From a virus, in the IMG/VR virus record IMGVR_UViG_3300005080_000005: a DNA stretch of 64,000 nucleotides; one strand, written 5' to 3'. The position numbers and the translations under genes were made by a program. Below, one piece after another: positions 57,082 to 64,000 of the stretch (its first letter is position 1; each line of letters opens with the position of its first letter). Below the pieces are notes generated by a model. The model did no database searches. It worked only from the letters and a program-made list of their open reading frames with translations, and was not told the DNA's origin.

Positions 57082-57338
57082 AACTTCAAATTAAAACAAA
57101 ATTTGAAAAGAGTAGCAAAATTACTAAACTTGCAACATTATCAACAGAAACAAGATGGGGTGCAAAAGTTACCAGATACAGTTATCTTGAAGATGTTACT
57201 TGGACTGTCTATGCTGGGCAATTAGTAATGAAATCAGGAAAATCTTTCCTGTTTAAAGACGCTTTACATGAGGCAACTACCATGTTAGAGTCATGTATGA
57301 ACGACCCATTGTTTAAATATTTAGGAGAAAACAAATGA
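57078..57338 (+). CDS. hypothetical protein
   Basis: ORF overlapping previous stop. Confidence 0.5.
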   Translation: MKLQIKTKFEKSSKITKLATLSTETRWGAKVTRYSYLEDVTWTVYAGQLVMKSGKSFLFKDALHEATTMLESCMNDPLFKYLGENK

Positions 57339-57544
57339 ATAACCTCAACAATTTTGAACTACACGAAGAAGCAATGAACCTATCTGTTGTACAAACTTCA
57401 TATAAACTTGCAAAAATGTACTTGCAAGAAAAACAGGAACTAGAAGAACTGAAAGAAAAGTATGAAAACTTGAATCAGATATTTGAAGATTACCTTGCTG
57501 CCCATAAAGTTATCCAAGCCGAGTTGGAGAGACTTCAATTGTAA
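57335..57544 (+). CDS. coiled-coil hypothetical protein
   Basis: ORF. Confidence 0.5.
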   Translation: MNNLNNFELHEEAMNLSVVQTSYKLAKMYLQEKQELEELKEKYENLNQIFEDYLAAHKVIQAELERLQL

Positions 57545-57767
57545 CATAGTATTGATACGACCAAATCTCAACCTGAATTGGGGTGTTAACTGAGATTAAA
57601 CATTATCAGACTCTGAATATCAATTTTAAAGGCTACCAGAAGCTCCCTACTGGATAGTTTGAGAATAGGAGTATGTTGGTAGCCTGAACTACCGAGAATT
57701 GATTATAGAGCTTTCTATGAATGTTTTAAGGTTTGATAGGTTATTTGAGATATTTAAATAAAATCTA

Positions 57768-57796
57768 TTGACTTTTTATTTATTACATTATATACT
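57768..57796 (+). promoter_or_regulatory. sigma70-like promoter
   Basis: TTGACT - 17 nt - TATACT, 31 nt upstream of TAGGAGACTAAAATG. Confidence 0.55.
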
Positions 57797-57827
57797 TAAT
57801 ACGTAACATAGTAAATAGGAGACTAAA

Positions 57828-58094
57828 ATGGAAATGTACAAAGAAAATGACATGAGCCTTGGTGAATTTATTCGTGAGGTCTATATGTCGGAAGAAGGTG
57901 GTAAAATGACTATGCAACAAATTGCAGATGCTTGTGGTGTAACTCAGGCTACGATTAGTCGTCTTATCAACAACAAATCTGACTTGACTATTGAGATGGC
58001 ATTCAAGCTTGAAAAAGGTCTTGGCCGTAGTGCTCAGTCTTGGATGAACTTGTGGGTTAACTATAAAATTTGGGAGTACAAACACAAAAGTTGA
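57828..58094 (+). CDS. XRE/HigA-like helix-turn-helix DNA-binding protein
   Basis: MTMQQIADACGVTQATISRLINNKSDLTIEMAFKLEKGLGRSAQSWMNLWVNY follows HigA antitoxin-type HTH consensus. Confidence 0.6.
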   Translation: MEMYKENDMSLGEFIREVYMSEEGGKMTMQQIADACGVTQATISRLINNKSDLTIEMAFKLEKGLGRSAQSWMNLWVNYKIWEYKHKS

Positions 58095-58202
58095 AACTAT
58101 GGTTATTACGCTCTAGCCCTTGTGTACCAAGGCTTCCAGACAGATAAAAATTTCAAGAGTGGATGATAATGGTTATGGTTAGTAGTTAGTTGGTTAATTG
58201 GA

Positions 58203-59513
58203 GTGTGTATGGTTGAGAGAGAGTATCGAGATTATTTATTTAGGAGTAATTATAAACCTAAATATTTAAATAATATAAAAGATAAACTTAGAGATTTATA
58301 TATAAAAGAATATAACGTTAAGTCTTTCAGTCAAATAACTGATGGTTTTTATTGTGTGTTGTACAATATTGTTCGTGCATACAATTATGGTTGTGTTGGT
58401 TTATATGTTTCTAGGGATTACAATTTTTATAAGACAGATGTGATATTTAATGGTAAAGTTATGAATTTTCGTATTGGTTACGAATCTATAACTAAAACAT
58501 TAGATTTTCTTGAAAAATATAATTTCATAGAATCAAGTAAGGGATTTTACATATCCGATAAACATAAGAAAACTGGGCATATCACATTCAAACCAGCACT
58601 TATCGAATTGATTGAAGAGAATGTGGACAAGTCTAAACTAAAGTTTAAATTATTAGAAAACGTAGTAGTATTAAGAGATGTCAAGGGTGAAAACTTACCT
58701 TTTCGCAGAACAAAGGAGATTCGTAGCATGATTGATTTGATTAACTCTTATAATGCCTTTATGGAAGGTGTAGAAGTGACTTTTCAAGGTAAGAGGTTGA
58801 ATACACAAGTACATCGCTCTTTCTCCCGCAGTTCCTTCGATAAAGGTGGGAGGTACTATAGTAGCGGTCGTGGTATTCAACAGTTAAGTAAACAAGATAG
58901 AGAGTACGTATTAATTGATGGTGAATTTACGATAGAGATGGATTTCAAAGCACTCCACCCTTCTATTCTTTATGAGAAAGAAGGTATCGTACTCGATGAA
59001 AACTTTGATGTTTATGGCGGAGAAGGTGCGGCATATACTTTCCAAGTAGTTCCAGATATTGTGCTGAAACGTAGGGAAACAGATCGTAAGTATAATCCTG
59101 TTCGTAACTTCCTGAAGAAAACACTGTTGGTGATGATTAACGGTAGGTCAAGTGGACAGGTTGCTGGTAAAATGCAACAACTGTTACTAGAAGATAGACA
59201 GAAGCCAGAAGATGAACAAGATTTTGCAGGATTGGTTGACGTAGACCCATACAATGCAATTGAGTTTCTTAGTGATCACAATGAAATGATTAGTAAATAC
59301 TTCCATAGTGATGCTGGTATTGACTTGCAAAGACTAGACTCTGATATTATTAGTATGGTGATTGAATATTGTGTTCAAAGGGAGATCCCTATTTTGACTG
59401 TACATGATAGTGTAATTGTTCCACAAAGTCATGTTGGCGAGGTGTTGTCAGTAATGAAAGCATCTTATAAGAGTGTAGTTGGTAGTGATTTTAATTGTAG
59501 GATAGAGGTATGA
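58203..59513 (+). CDS. miniature family-A (Pol I / T7-RNAP-like) polymerase-domain protein
   Basis: Ordered motifs with Pol I-like spacing: T/DxxGR (FDKGGRYYSSGRGIQQLS vs Pol I TATGRLSSTDPNLQNIP), motif A (YVLIDGEFTIEMDFKALHPS vs YVIVSADYSQIELRIMAHLS), motif B (RNFLKKTLLVMINGRS = RxxxKx7[Y->N]G), motif C (ILTVHDSVIV, cf. T7 RNAP ALIHDSFGT). Confidence 0.55.
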   Translation: MCMVEREYRDYLFRSNYKPKYLNNIKDKLRDLYIKEYNVKSFSQITDGFYCVLYNIVRAYNYGCVGLYVSRDYNFYKTDVIFNGKVMNFRIGYESITKTLDFLEKYNFIESSKGFYISDKHKKTGHITFKPALIELIEENVDKSKLKFKLLENVVVLRDVKGENLPFRRTKEIRSMIDLINSYNAFMEGVEVTFQGKRLNTQVHRSFSRSSFDKGGRYYSSGRGIQQLSKQDREYVLIDGEFTIEMDFKALHPSILYEKEGIVLDENFDVYGGEGAAYTFQVVPDIVLKRRETDRKYNPVRNFLKKTLLVMINGRSSGQVAGKMQQLLLEDRQKPEDEQDFAGLVDVDPYNAIEFLSDHNEMISKYFHSDAGIDLQRLDSDIISMVIEYCVQREIPILTVHDSVIVPQSHVGEVLSVMKASYKSVVGSDFNCRIEV

Positions 59514-59516
59514 ATT

Positions 59517-59945
59517 ATGTCAATATCATGTTATTCTAAAAATTGTGTAAGAGTAAAACATCTTCCTTCAGGACACGAAGTTATTTGCAATAGTTCAAGG
59601 TACATGCACAAAAACAAGGACTTAGGTGTAAAAACAATCAGAGCTAGGCTTCATGCTGATGAAATTGGGTTAGAACGCCCTTCTATTTGTGAAGATACAG
59701 AAGGAACTATTTGCCCAATCTGTGAGAAAGGGATTCTAAAACAAGTTCATGAATACTTGCATTATGAGTACAAAAATGGTAACTTCTATGAAAATCCACT
59801 AAGTAATGAGTACGAAGTTCTTAGTATTTACTTAGTTTGTGAAGGTGGAGAAGGTGCTTGTGGTAGTGAACAAATTGATGGTTATTGTCTGAGTTATAAT
59901 AAAGAGACAATGGAAATGCTTTATAAAATGAAGGAAAAATCGTGA
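59517..59945 (+). CDS. Cys-rich (multi zinc-ribbon) protein
   Basis: CYSKNC...C...CPICEKG...CEGGEGACGS...C. Confidence 0.5.
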   Translation: MSISCYSKNCVRVKHLPSGHEVICNSSRYMHKNKDLGVKTIRARLHADEIGLERPSICEDTEGTICPICEKGILKQVHEYLHYEYKNGNFYENPLSNEYEVLSIYLVCEGGEGACGSEQIDGYCLSYNKETMEMLYKMKEKS

Positions 59946-60409
59946 GGTGTTGGACAGGAGAACAAATAACTCAACTTGAACCAAACTATGTTTTTGTCTT
60001 CGGTTCTAATCCTGAAGGAAGGCATGGAGCTGGTGCAGCAAAGGCAGCATTGAAGTTTGGTGCTAAGTATGGCATTGGCCGTGGATTACAAGGACAAACT
60101 TATGCTCTTGTGACAAAGAACCTTAAAGAATGTTTTGTTGAGAAACTTGCAAATGGCACTACTAAAACGCACCATAAAGTAGGCTATCGTAGTATCAGTA
60201 AAGAAGATTTGATTGAAAATATCAAAGAGTTTTATGAGTGTGCTGAACAAAATAAACATCTTAAATTCTTTGTGGTGTACAAAGCTGATAGCAAAAACCT
60301 TAACGGATATTCTTCAAAAGAGCTGTATGAAATGTTGACAACACATAAGATCCCTGATAATGTGTACCTACATTCAAGTTTTAGAGTATTTGATGAGGAA
60401 ATAAAATGA
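59942..60409 (+). CDS. Rossmann-like hypothetical protein (Gly-rich FVFGSNPEGRHGAGAAKAA motif)
   Basis: ORF 155 aa; Gly-rich loop suggests nucleotide binding; family not resolved from sequence. Confidence 0.45.
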   Translation: MRCWTGEQITQLEPNYVFVFGSNPEGRHGAGAAKAALKFGAKYGIGRGLQGQTYALVTKNLKECFVEKLANGTTKTHHKVGYRSISKEDLIENIKEFYECAEQNKHLKFFVVYKADSKNLNGYSSKELYEMLTTHKIPDNVYLHSSFRVFDEEIK

Positions 60410-60645
60410 ATCGCAGCAAAGGTAATTATATCCAAGGAGTAAAATATGCCGAAAGCTTACTGGAAAAATCTTTAGAAGCAGGAGAAGACCCTTCTGAAAG
60501 ATTTCGTCAAATACTTCGTACAGAGAGTGAACCTTCATATTACTATGACGGAAAAGATTATTGTGATGGATTTTATGACTATGTTCATTATTATCTTGAT
60601 AACAAAGAATTGATTGTTAATCATTTTATAGGGGAATATAAATGA
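60406..60645 (+). CDS. hypothetical protein
   Basis: ORF. Confidence 0.45.
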   Translation: MNRSKGNYIQGVKYAESLLEKSLEAGEDPSERFRQILRTESEPSYYYDGKDYCDGFYDYVHYYLDNKELIVNHFIGEYK

Positions 60646-60800
60646 AATATGGAAAACACTTGACAATTACTAAAGCGATTGCTATTGTAGAAAACATGAG
60701 GAACTGGAAAGAGAAGCATAAAAATAACAAGAATGTTCCTCCTGCGGATTATACAAGCTACGCTGTTGCACTCTCACTTTTGAAAGATAATGGTTTTTAA
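60642..60800 (+). CDS. hypothetical small protein (52 aa)
   Basis: ATGA overlap with previous stop. Confidence 0.4.
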   Translation: MKYGKHLTITKAIAIVENMRNWKEKHKNNKNVPPADYTSYAVALSLLKDNGF

Positions 60801-60819
60801 TGTTGAAGGAGAATAGGAA

Positions 60820-61062
60820 ATGAAAAATGAGTCGACAGAATTTGATATTTTCCAAGCTCTTGATAGGACTTCAGTTCTTATTAATATGGTTTCTGAAACA
60901 TTAGGAAGTGTATTTATTCCAAATGAAGATGGCGGTTTAGATTTAGATGACGTTCTTCCTGCTGTCAAGAAACATTACAAACTACTTGAGAATGTTCAAG
61001 AGAATCTTATGGAGTTGTATCAGCAACTAGGTAGTGATTTAGCTACCTATGAAAAGGAGTAA
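60820..61062 (+). CDS. hypothetical protein
   Basis: ORF after GAAGGAGAATAGGAA SD. Confidence 0.5.
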   Translation: MKNESTEFDIFQALDRTSVLINMVSETLGSVFIPNEDGGLDLDDVLPAVKKHYKLLENVQENLMELYQQLGSDLATYEKE

Positions 61063-61066
61063 ATAA

Positions 61067-61474
61067 ATGAAAAATAAAATTTTAGCAATCGTAGTATATA
61101 TAATTCTTTTGGTTTGTGTGGTTGGTGGTTATACTTATTATCAATCATTCCGTAAAGAAGTCACATGGCAGGAACTACAAGTTCTAACAGAGGTTTCTAG
61201 CAAACGAGATTACTGTTCTGCTATTGGGTTGATTTCTAATGATAATTCAGAACTGTTTTATTCTACTGTTAATCACATCTATGCTCTTGATAGGCCCGAA
61301 ACCAATGGAAAACAAATTATTGTAGAACAAAAGTACAAACAACTTGTCAATAATGGAGTTCAGGTTTATAATGATTCTCCTGATAAAAATAATCCGATTG
61401 TTCATGAAATGTTGAAAAGTTTTTGCCAACAGATTGAACAGCAAGCCGTTAATCTGAAGAAGAAATATAAGTAA
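61067..61474 (+). CDS. membrane-anchored protein
   Basis: N-terminal TM ILAIVVYIILLVCVVGGYTYY. Confidence 0.5.
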   Translation: MKNKILAIVVYIILLVCVVGGYTYYQSFRKEVTWQELQVLTEVSSKRDYCSAIGLISNDNSELFYSTVNHIYALDRPETNGKQIIVEQKYKQLVNNGVQVYNDSPDKNNPIVHEMLKSFCQQIEQQAVNLKKKYK

Positions 61475-61484
61475 GGGGTATTGT

Positions 61485-61919
61485 ATGCGCAAGTCAAAAG
61501 GTAAGTGGGTTGCAAGTCGTCGTGATGTTTGGGATTTAGATTATACACTATCTCAGATTATTCTTGCTGGTTTGGTCAAGTTTAAAGAAACAATTACTAG
61601 TTCACAATTTTCAGTGGTTCCATCATCATTTGTCAAAGGGTCAGCCATAACAGATGAAGATGTTGCAGAATGGCACGGTGTTATCGATAAGATGATTTAT
61701 GCTTTTGATAAGACTAATATACCAGATATCCGAGATTTCAAATTCAAAATTGAAATGGAACGTAAAGAGACAAAGACTAACGGGTCAACACAAATCTTTT
61801 TGAAGTACGATAATGAAGAAGAAAGAGAACGTTATTATGATGCTCTTGAAGAACATAACAAGAAGTGTGAAGAAGGAAGAGTGTTATTCGCAAAATACTA
61901 TGAGAATTTGTGGTACTAA
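61485..61919 (+). CDS. hypothetical protein
   Basis: ORF 144 aa. Confidence 0.5.
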   Translation: MRKSKGKWVASRRDVWDLDYTLSQIILAGLVKFKETITSSQFSVVPSSFVKGSAITDEDVAEWHGVIDKMIYAFDKTNIPDIRDFKFKIEMERKETKTNGSTQIFLKYDNEEERERYYDALEEHNKKCEEGRVLFAKYYENLWY

Positions 61920-61931
61920 TCGTTTTAAGTA

Positions 61932-61960
61932 TTGACTCTTTTAGGTTTCTTTGATAAGAT
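61932..61960 (+). promoter_or_regulatory. sigma70-like promoter upstream of tRNA cluster
   Basis: TTGACT - 17 nt - TAAGAT. Confidence 0.45.
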
Positions 61961-62054
61961 AATTACATAGGTTTTAAAATCCTATGAACTTGATAAGAAT
62001 AGGTTCTTGTTGGTCTCTGCAAGATAAAAGAGAGACTTCTTTAGAGTATTTAGT

Positions 62055-62137
62055 GTTGGATTCCGTTAGTGGCGATACGACTGGTTTTGTAATCCAGCAG
62101 GGAAACCTCATCGTGAGTTCGAGTCTCACATCCAACA
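62055..62137 (+). tRNA. tRNA-like gene, type II (long variable arm), non-canonical anticodon arm (anticodon UGU if 7-nt loop)
   Basis: Acceptor GTTGGAT/ATCCAAC, D-stem CGT/ACG with GG loop, T-arm GTGAG-TTCGAGT-CTCAC, 15-nt variable arm with AGG/CCT hairpin; anticodon stem only 4 bp with a U-U closing pair; no encoded CCA. Confidence 0.4.
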
Positions 62138-62159
62138 CTAAGTATTTTAAAGATTTACA

Positions 62160-62234
62160 GGGCCTATGGCAGTCTGCGAATGCAGCCAGCTCATAACTGG
62201 TTCAAGGATGGTTGGATTCCATCTAGGCCCACCA
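62160..62234 (+). tRNA. tRNA-Met (CAU)
   Basis: Acceptor GGGCCTA/TAGGCCC, anticodon arm GCCAG-CTCATAA-CTGGT, T-arm GATGG-TTGGATT-CCATC, discriminator A + encoded CCA. Confidence 0.7.
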
Positions 62235-62243
62235 AATTAACTT

Positions 62244-62318
62244 GCAGGTATGATGTAATGGATAGCATATCTTTCTTCTAAAAAGATTGTCAGCGTTCAA
62301 ATCGCTGTACCTGTGCCA
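62244..62318 (+). tRNA. tRNA-Arg (UCU)
   Basis: Acceptor GCAGGTA/TACCTGT, D-arm ATGT-AATGGATA-GCAT, anticodon arm TCTTT-CTTCTAA-AAAGA, T-arm CAGCG-TTCAAAT-CGCTG, G + encoded CCA. Confidence 0.8.
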
Positions 62319-62360
62319 ATTTAAATTTAACCAACAAGCCTCGTTTCCTCGTTTCCTCGT

Positions 62361-62392
62361 GATTCGGGGCTTTTATTTTATCCACAACAAAA
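62361..62392 (+). terminator. terminator-like hairpin after tRNA cluster with 3x CCTCGTTT direct repeat
   Basis: CCTCG tgatt CGGGG (G-U wobble) + CTTTTATTTT; preceded by CTCGTTTC CTCGTTTC CTCGTG. Confidence 0.45.
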
Positions 62393-62401
62393 GGAAAACA
62401 T

Positions 62402-62806
62402 ATGGAACTAAAACTTGTACTTGAATTTGTTAAAAAATATTGGGTTCAATCTTTGATTGTAATCTTGATTGCTACAATATTTTATCTGAATGTTAGTAAC
62501 AGTATTCTTGAGTCAGAACTAGCTCTTGCAGAGCAGAAGAATGTTCATGTTGAAGAACGCCTTAAAGTTAGCAATGCTTCTATAGACCAACTTCAGATTA
62601 AATTAACTGAGCAGAATGTTAAGTTGAAAGAGCTGTCCGACAAATCAAAAGAAAAACAAGAATCATTGAAAGAGCTACTTGACAATGAAAAGCAAAAAGC
62701 CGAGTTGGCAAATCAAAATCTGGAAGAGTACATCAATTCAAAAGAGGGATTGACAAAGGATGAGTGCGTTGATACTCTAAGAGAACTATCAAAGATTGGA
62801 GAGTAG
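62402..62806 (+). CDS. i-spanin-like protein (N-terminal TM + periplasmic coiled coil)
   Basis: TM SLIVILIATIFYL then long heptad coiled coil, Rz-like architecture. Confidence 0.45.
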   Translation: MELKLVLEFVKKYWVQSLIVILIATIFYLNVSNSILESELALAEQKNVHVEERLKVSNASIDQLQIKLTEQNVKLKELSDKSKEKQESLKELLDNEKQKAELANQNLEEYINSKEGLTKDECVDTLRELSKIGE

Positions 62807-62901
62807 TTTTATTATGGTGTACAATGTTACACCTTTAATTAAATATTATTAGTTTACATACAAAAAGTGTAGTGTTGGTTACTTTTATAAGGAATAAAAA
62901 C

Positions 62902-63246
62902 ATGAGAGACTTAGTTGAAATTTTAAATGGTATAGGTGCATGGATTAGGTATCTATTGACACCAGTTAATATTGTTATTGTTTTGCTACTTGCTTTGTTA
63001 ATTTTATCAGGATGTTCATCTAAGCCCGAACCTGCTGTCAAGGTTGTAATTCAGGAAGTAAAAGTACCAGTTTACATGCCTTGTCTTGATAAAAAGGATT
63101 TGCCTGTCAGAACAGATTATGTTACTATCAGTATCAAGAAAAGCGATAACCCTGTTGTAAAGGTGCGTAAACTTGATAAACTGACACAACAGCAAGACGG
63201 GTATATTGATGTGCTTGAAAAGGTATTAATCAGTTGTAGCGAATAA
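62902..63246 (+). CDS. outer-membrane lipoprotein, o-spanin-like
   Basis: Signal + lipobox LILSGC at internal Met 62902 of ORF 62872-63246; immediately downstream of the i-spanin-like gene. Confidence 0.45.
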   Translation: MRDLVEILNGIGAWIRYLLTPVNIVIVLLLALLILSGCSSKPEPAVKVVIQEVKVPVYMPCLDKKDLPVRTDYVTISIKKSDNPVVKVRKLDKLTQQQDGYIDVLEKVLISCSE

Positions 63247-63260
63247 TCAAGGAGATTACT

Positions 63261-63566
63261 ATGAGTATGCACAAGATTGAGTTGACAGAGTGGGAACGAG
63301 AAGGACTTGAGTTACATAGATTGCCTATTGGAAAGCCTAGCCAACTGAGTGACACATTTAGGGCAGGGGTTCAGTTTGCAACAAGAAAAAGCAATGAAAC
63401 TATCATTGACCTTGCTAAACGCAATTGTGCATTACAAGCTAAAATTGATGCACTGATGCTAGAGTTCTGTCCTGAAGAAATGACACAAGAGCAGATTAGA
63501 CATTGGGGAGAGAATCAAGTTGTTAGTACACATTCCACCAAGGACAATATAAATGATCTATTGTAA
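63261..63566 (+). CDS. hypothetical protein
   Basis: ORF after AAGGAGATTACT SD. Confidence 0.5.
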   Translation: MSMHKIELTEWEREGLELHRLPIGKPSQLSDTFRAGVQFATRKSNETIIDLAKRNCALQAKIDALMLEFCPEEMTQEQIRHWGENQVVSTHSTKDNINDLL

Positions 63567-63981
63567 AATTAAAAATGAACAATTTGATAATTTTATTTAT
63601 CTAAATGGAGGATGGGTGTACTATGAGAAGTGCCCTGTTTGCAGTATGAGGTTACATAGCGATGGAAGCAACCACAAAGAGTTCTGGAAGAGCCATGTAG
63701 AAGTTTATGAAGATGATCTTGAAGAAGATTCAGGTTTCTATTATGACATTGAAGAAATGGACAGGAGAATCAAGAATGCTCATGAGAATCCTATTGTGGT
63801 TCCTGAACATATTAAAACACCAGAAGAATTTTGTGAATGGATTATAAATTATGATACAACAAAGATTGAATCAGCTATTGAATTGTCAAAATCAGTAGAA
63901 GGCGTAGAGGTGTTAGGTTACACTAAAGAGGCTAGAGTAAAACATATGAAACAGATCTTTGAAGATTATAAGGAGAAGTAA
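63553..63981 (+). CDS. hypothetical protein (CPVC zinc-binding motif)
   Basis: ORF 142 aa. Confidence 0.5.
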   Translation: MIYCKIKNEQFDNFIYLNGGWVYYEKCPVCSMRLHSDGSNHKEFWKSHVEVYEDDLEEDSGFYYDIEEMDRRIKNAHENPIVVPEHIKTPEEFCEWIINYDTTKIESAIELSKSVEGVEVLGYTKEARVKHMKQIFEDYKEK

Positions 63982-64000
63982 ATGGGCTACTTAGTAGTAG

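Noticed and set aside
57640-57700. tRNA-like acceptor pairing GGCTACC…GGTAGCC
   Set aside because: Enclosed sequence is only ~54 nt with no D/T-arm features. Interpreted as a regulatory or terminator-like hairpin, not a tRNA.
57783-58085. 100-aa ORF on minus strand
   Set aside because: Antisense shadow of the HigA-like HTH gene, which has a strong promoter and SD on the plus strand.
61984-62196. 70-aa ORF on plus strand
   Set aside because: Overlaps two tRNA genes (62055-62137 and 62160-62234). The sequence is better explained by tRNA structure.
62055-62318. Amber-suppressor tRNA explaining the in-frame TAG codons
   Set aside because: None of the three tRNA genes in the window has a CUA anticodon (they read UGU?, CAU, UCU). 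Suppression cannot be supported from this window alone.

Overview
AT-rich (~35-38% GC), densely coded double-stranded DNA phage segment, read from sequence alone.

Layout: three transcription blocks.
- 1-11.3 kb, + strand: about 30 small genes of unknown function, several sharing one conserved promoter/leader cassette.
- 12.9-54.3 kb, - strand: a large metabolic and replication-accessory block (contents below).
- 54.4-64 kb, + strand: small genes, a three-gene tRNA cluster (one type-II tRNA-like gene, tRNA-Met CAT, tRNA-Arg TCT), a HigA-like HTH gene, a 436-aa miniature family-A polymerase homolog, and a separated i-spanin/o-spanin-like pair.

Between the first two blocks lies a 1.7 kb AT-rich non-coding convergence zone (11.3-12.9 kb) with large palindromes. 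A divergent sigma70-like promoter pair sits at 54.3-54.45 kb.

Contents of the 12.9-54.3 kb block:
- Nucleotide metabolism: anaerobic RNR NrdD, glutaredoxin, NrdB, NrdA, DNA adenine methyltransferase, DHFR, thymidylate synthase, HAD 5'-deoxynucleotidase, MazG-like NTPase.
- Lysis and envelope: T5-type L-Ala-D-Glu peptidase endolysin, three small membrane proteins, SleB-like cell-wall hydrolase, SPFH lipoprotein with a membrane partner.
- Recombination and replication accessory: endonuclease VII, RuvC-like resolvase, HNH nuclease, DEDD exonuclease, FEN/RNase H-like nuclease, ATP DNA ligase.
- An RNA-repair-like trio: P-loop kinase, RNA ligase and metallophosphatase.
- PhoH, an HslV-like peptidase, a DprA-like protein and many free-standing homing-endonuclease genes (three NUMOD4-type paralogs, one HNH-AP2, three Zn-ribbon+T5orf172 paralogs).

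Identity: gene content plus the strong consensus sigma70-like promoters are most consistent with a virulent T5-like (Demerecviridae-like) phage. This is inference only, not verified.

Most notable:
- A compact Pol I/T7-RNAP-like polymerase core carrying T/DxxGR, A, B (Tyr->Asn) and C (HDS) motifs.
- Five apparent gene disruptions: two in-frame TAG codons, one in-frame TAA, and two frameshifts.
- A family of six promoter/hairpin/leader cassettes.
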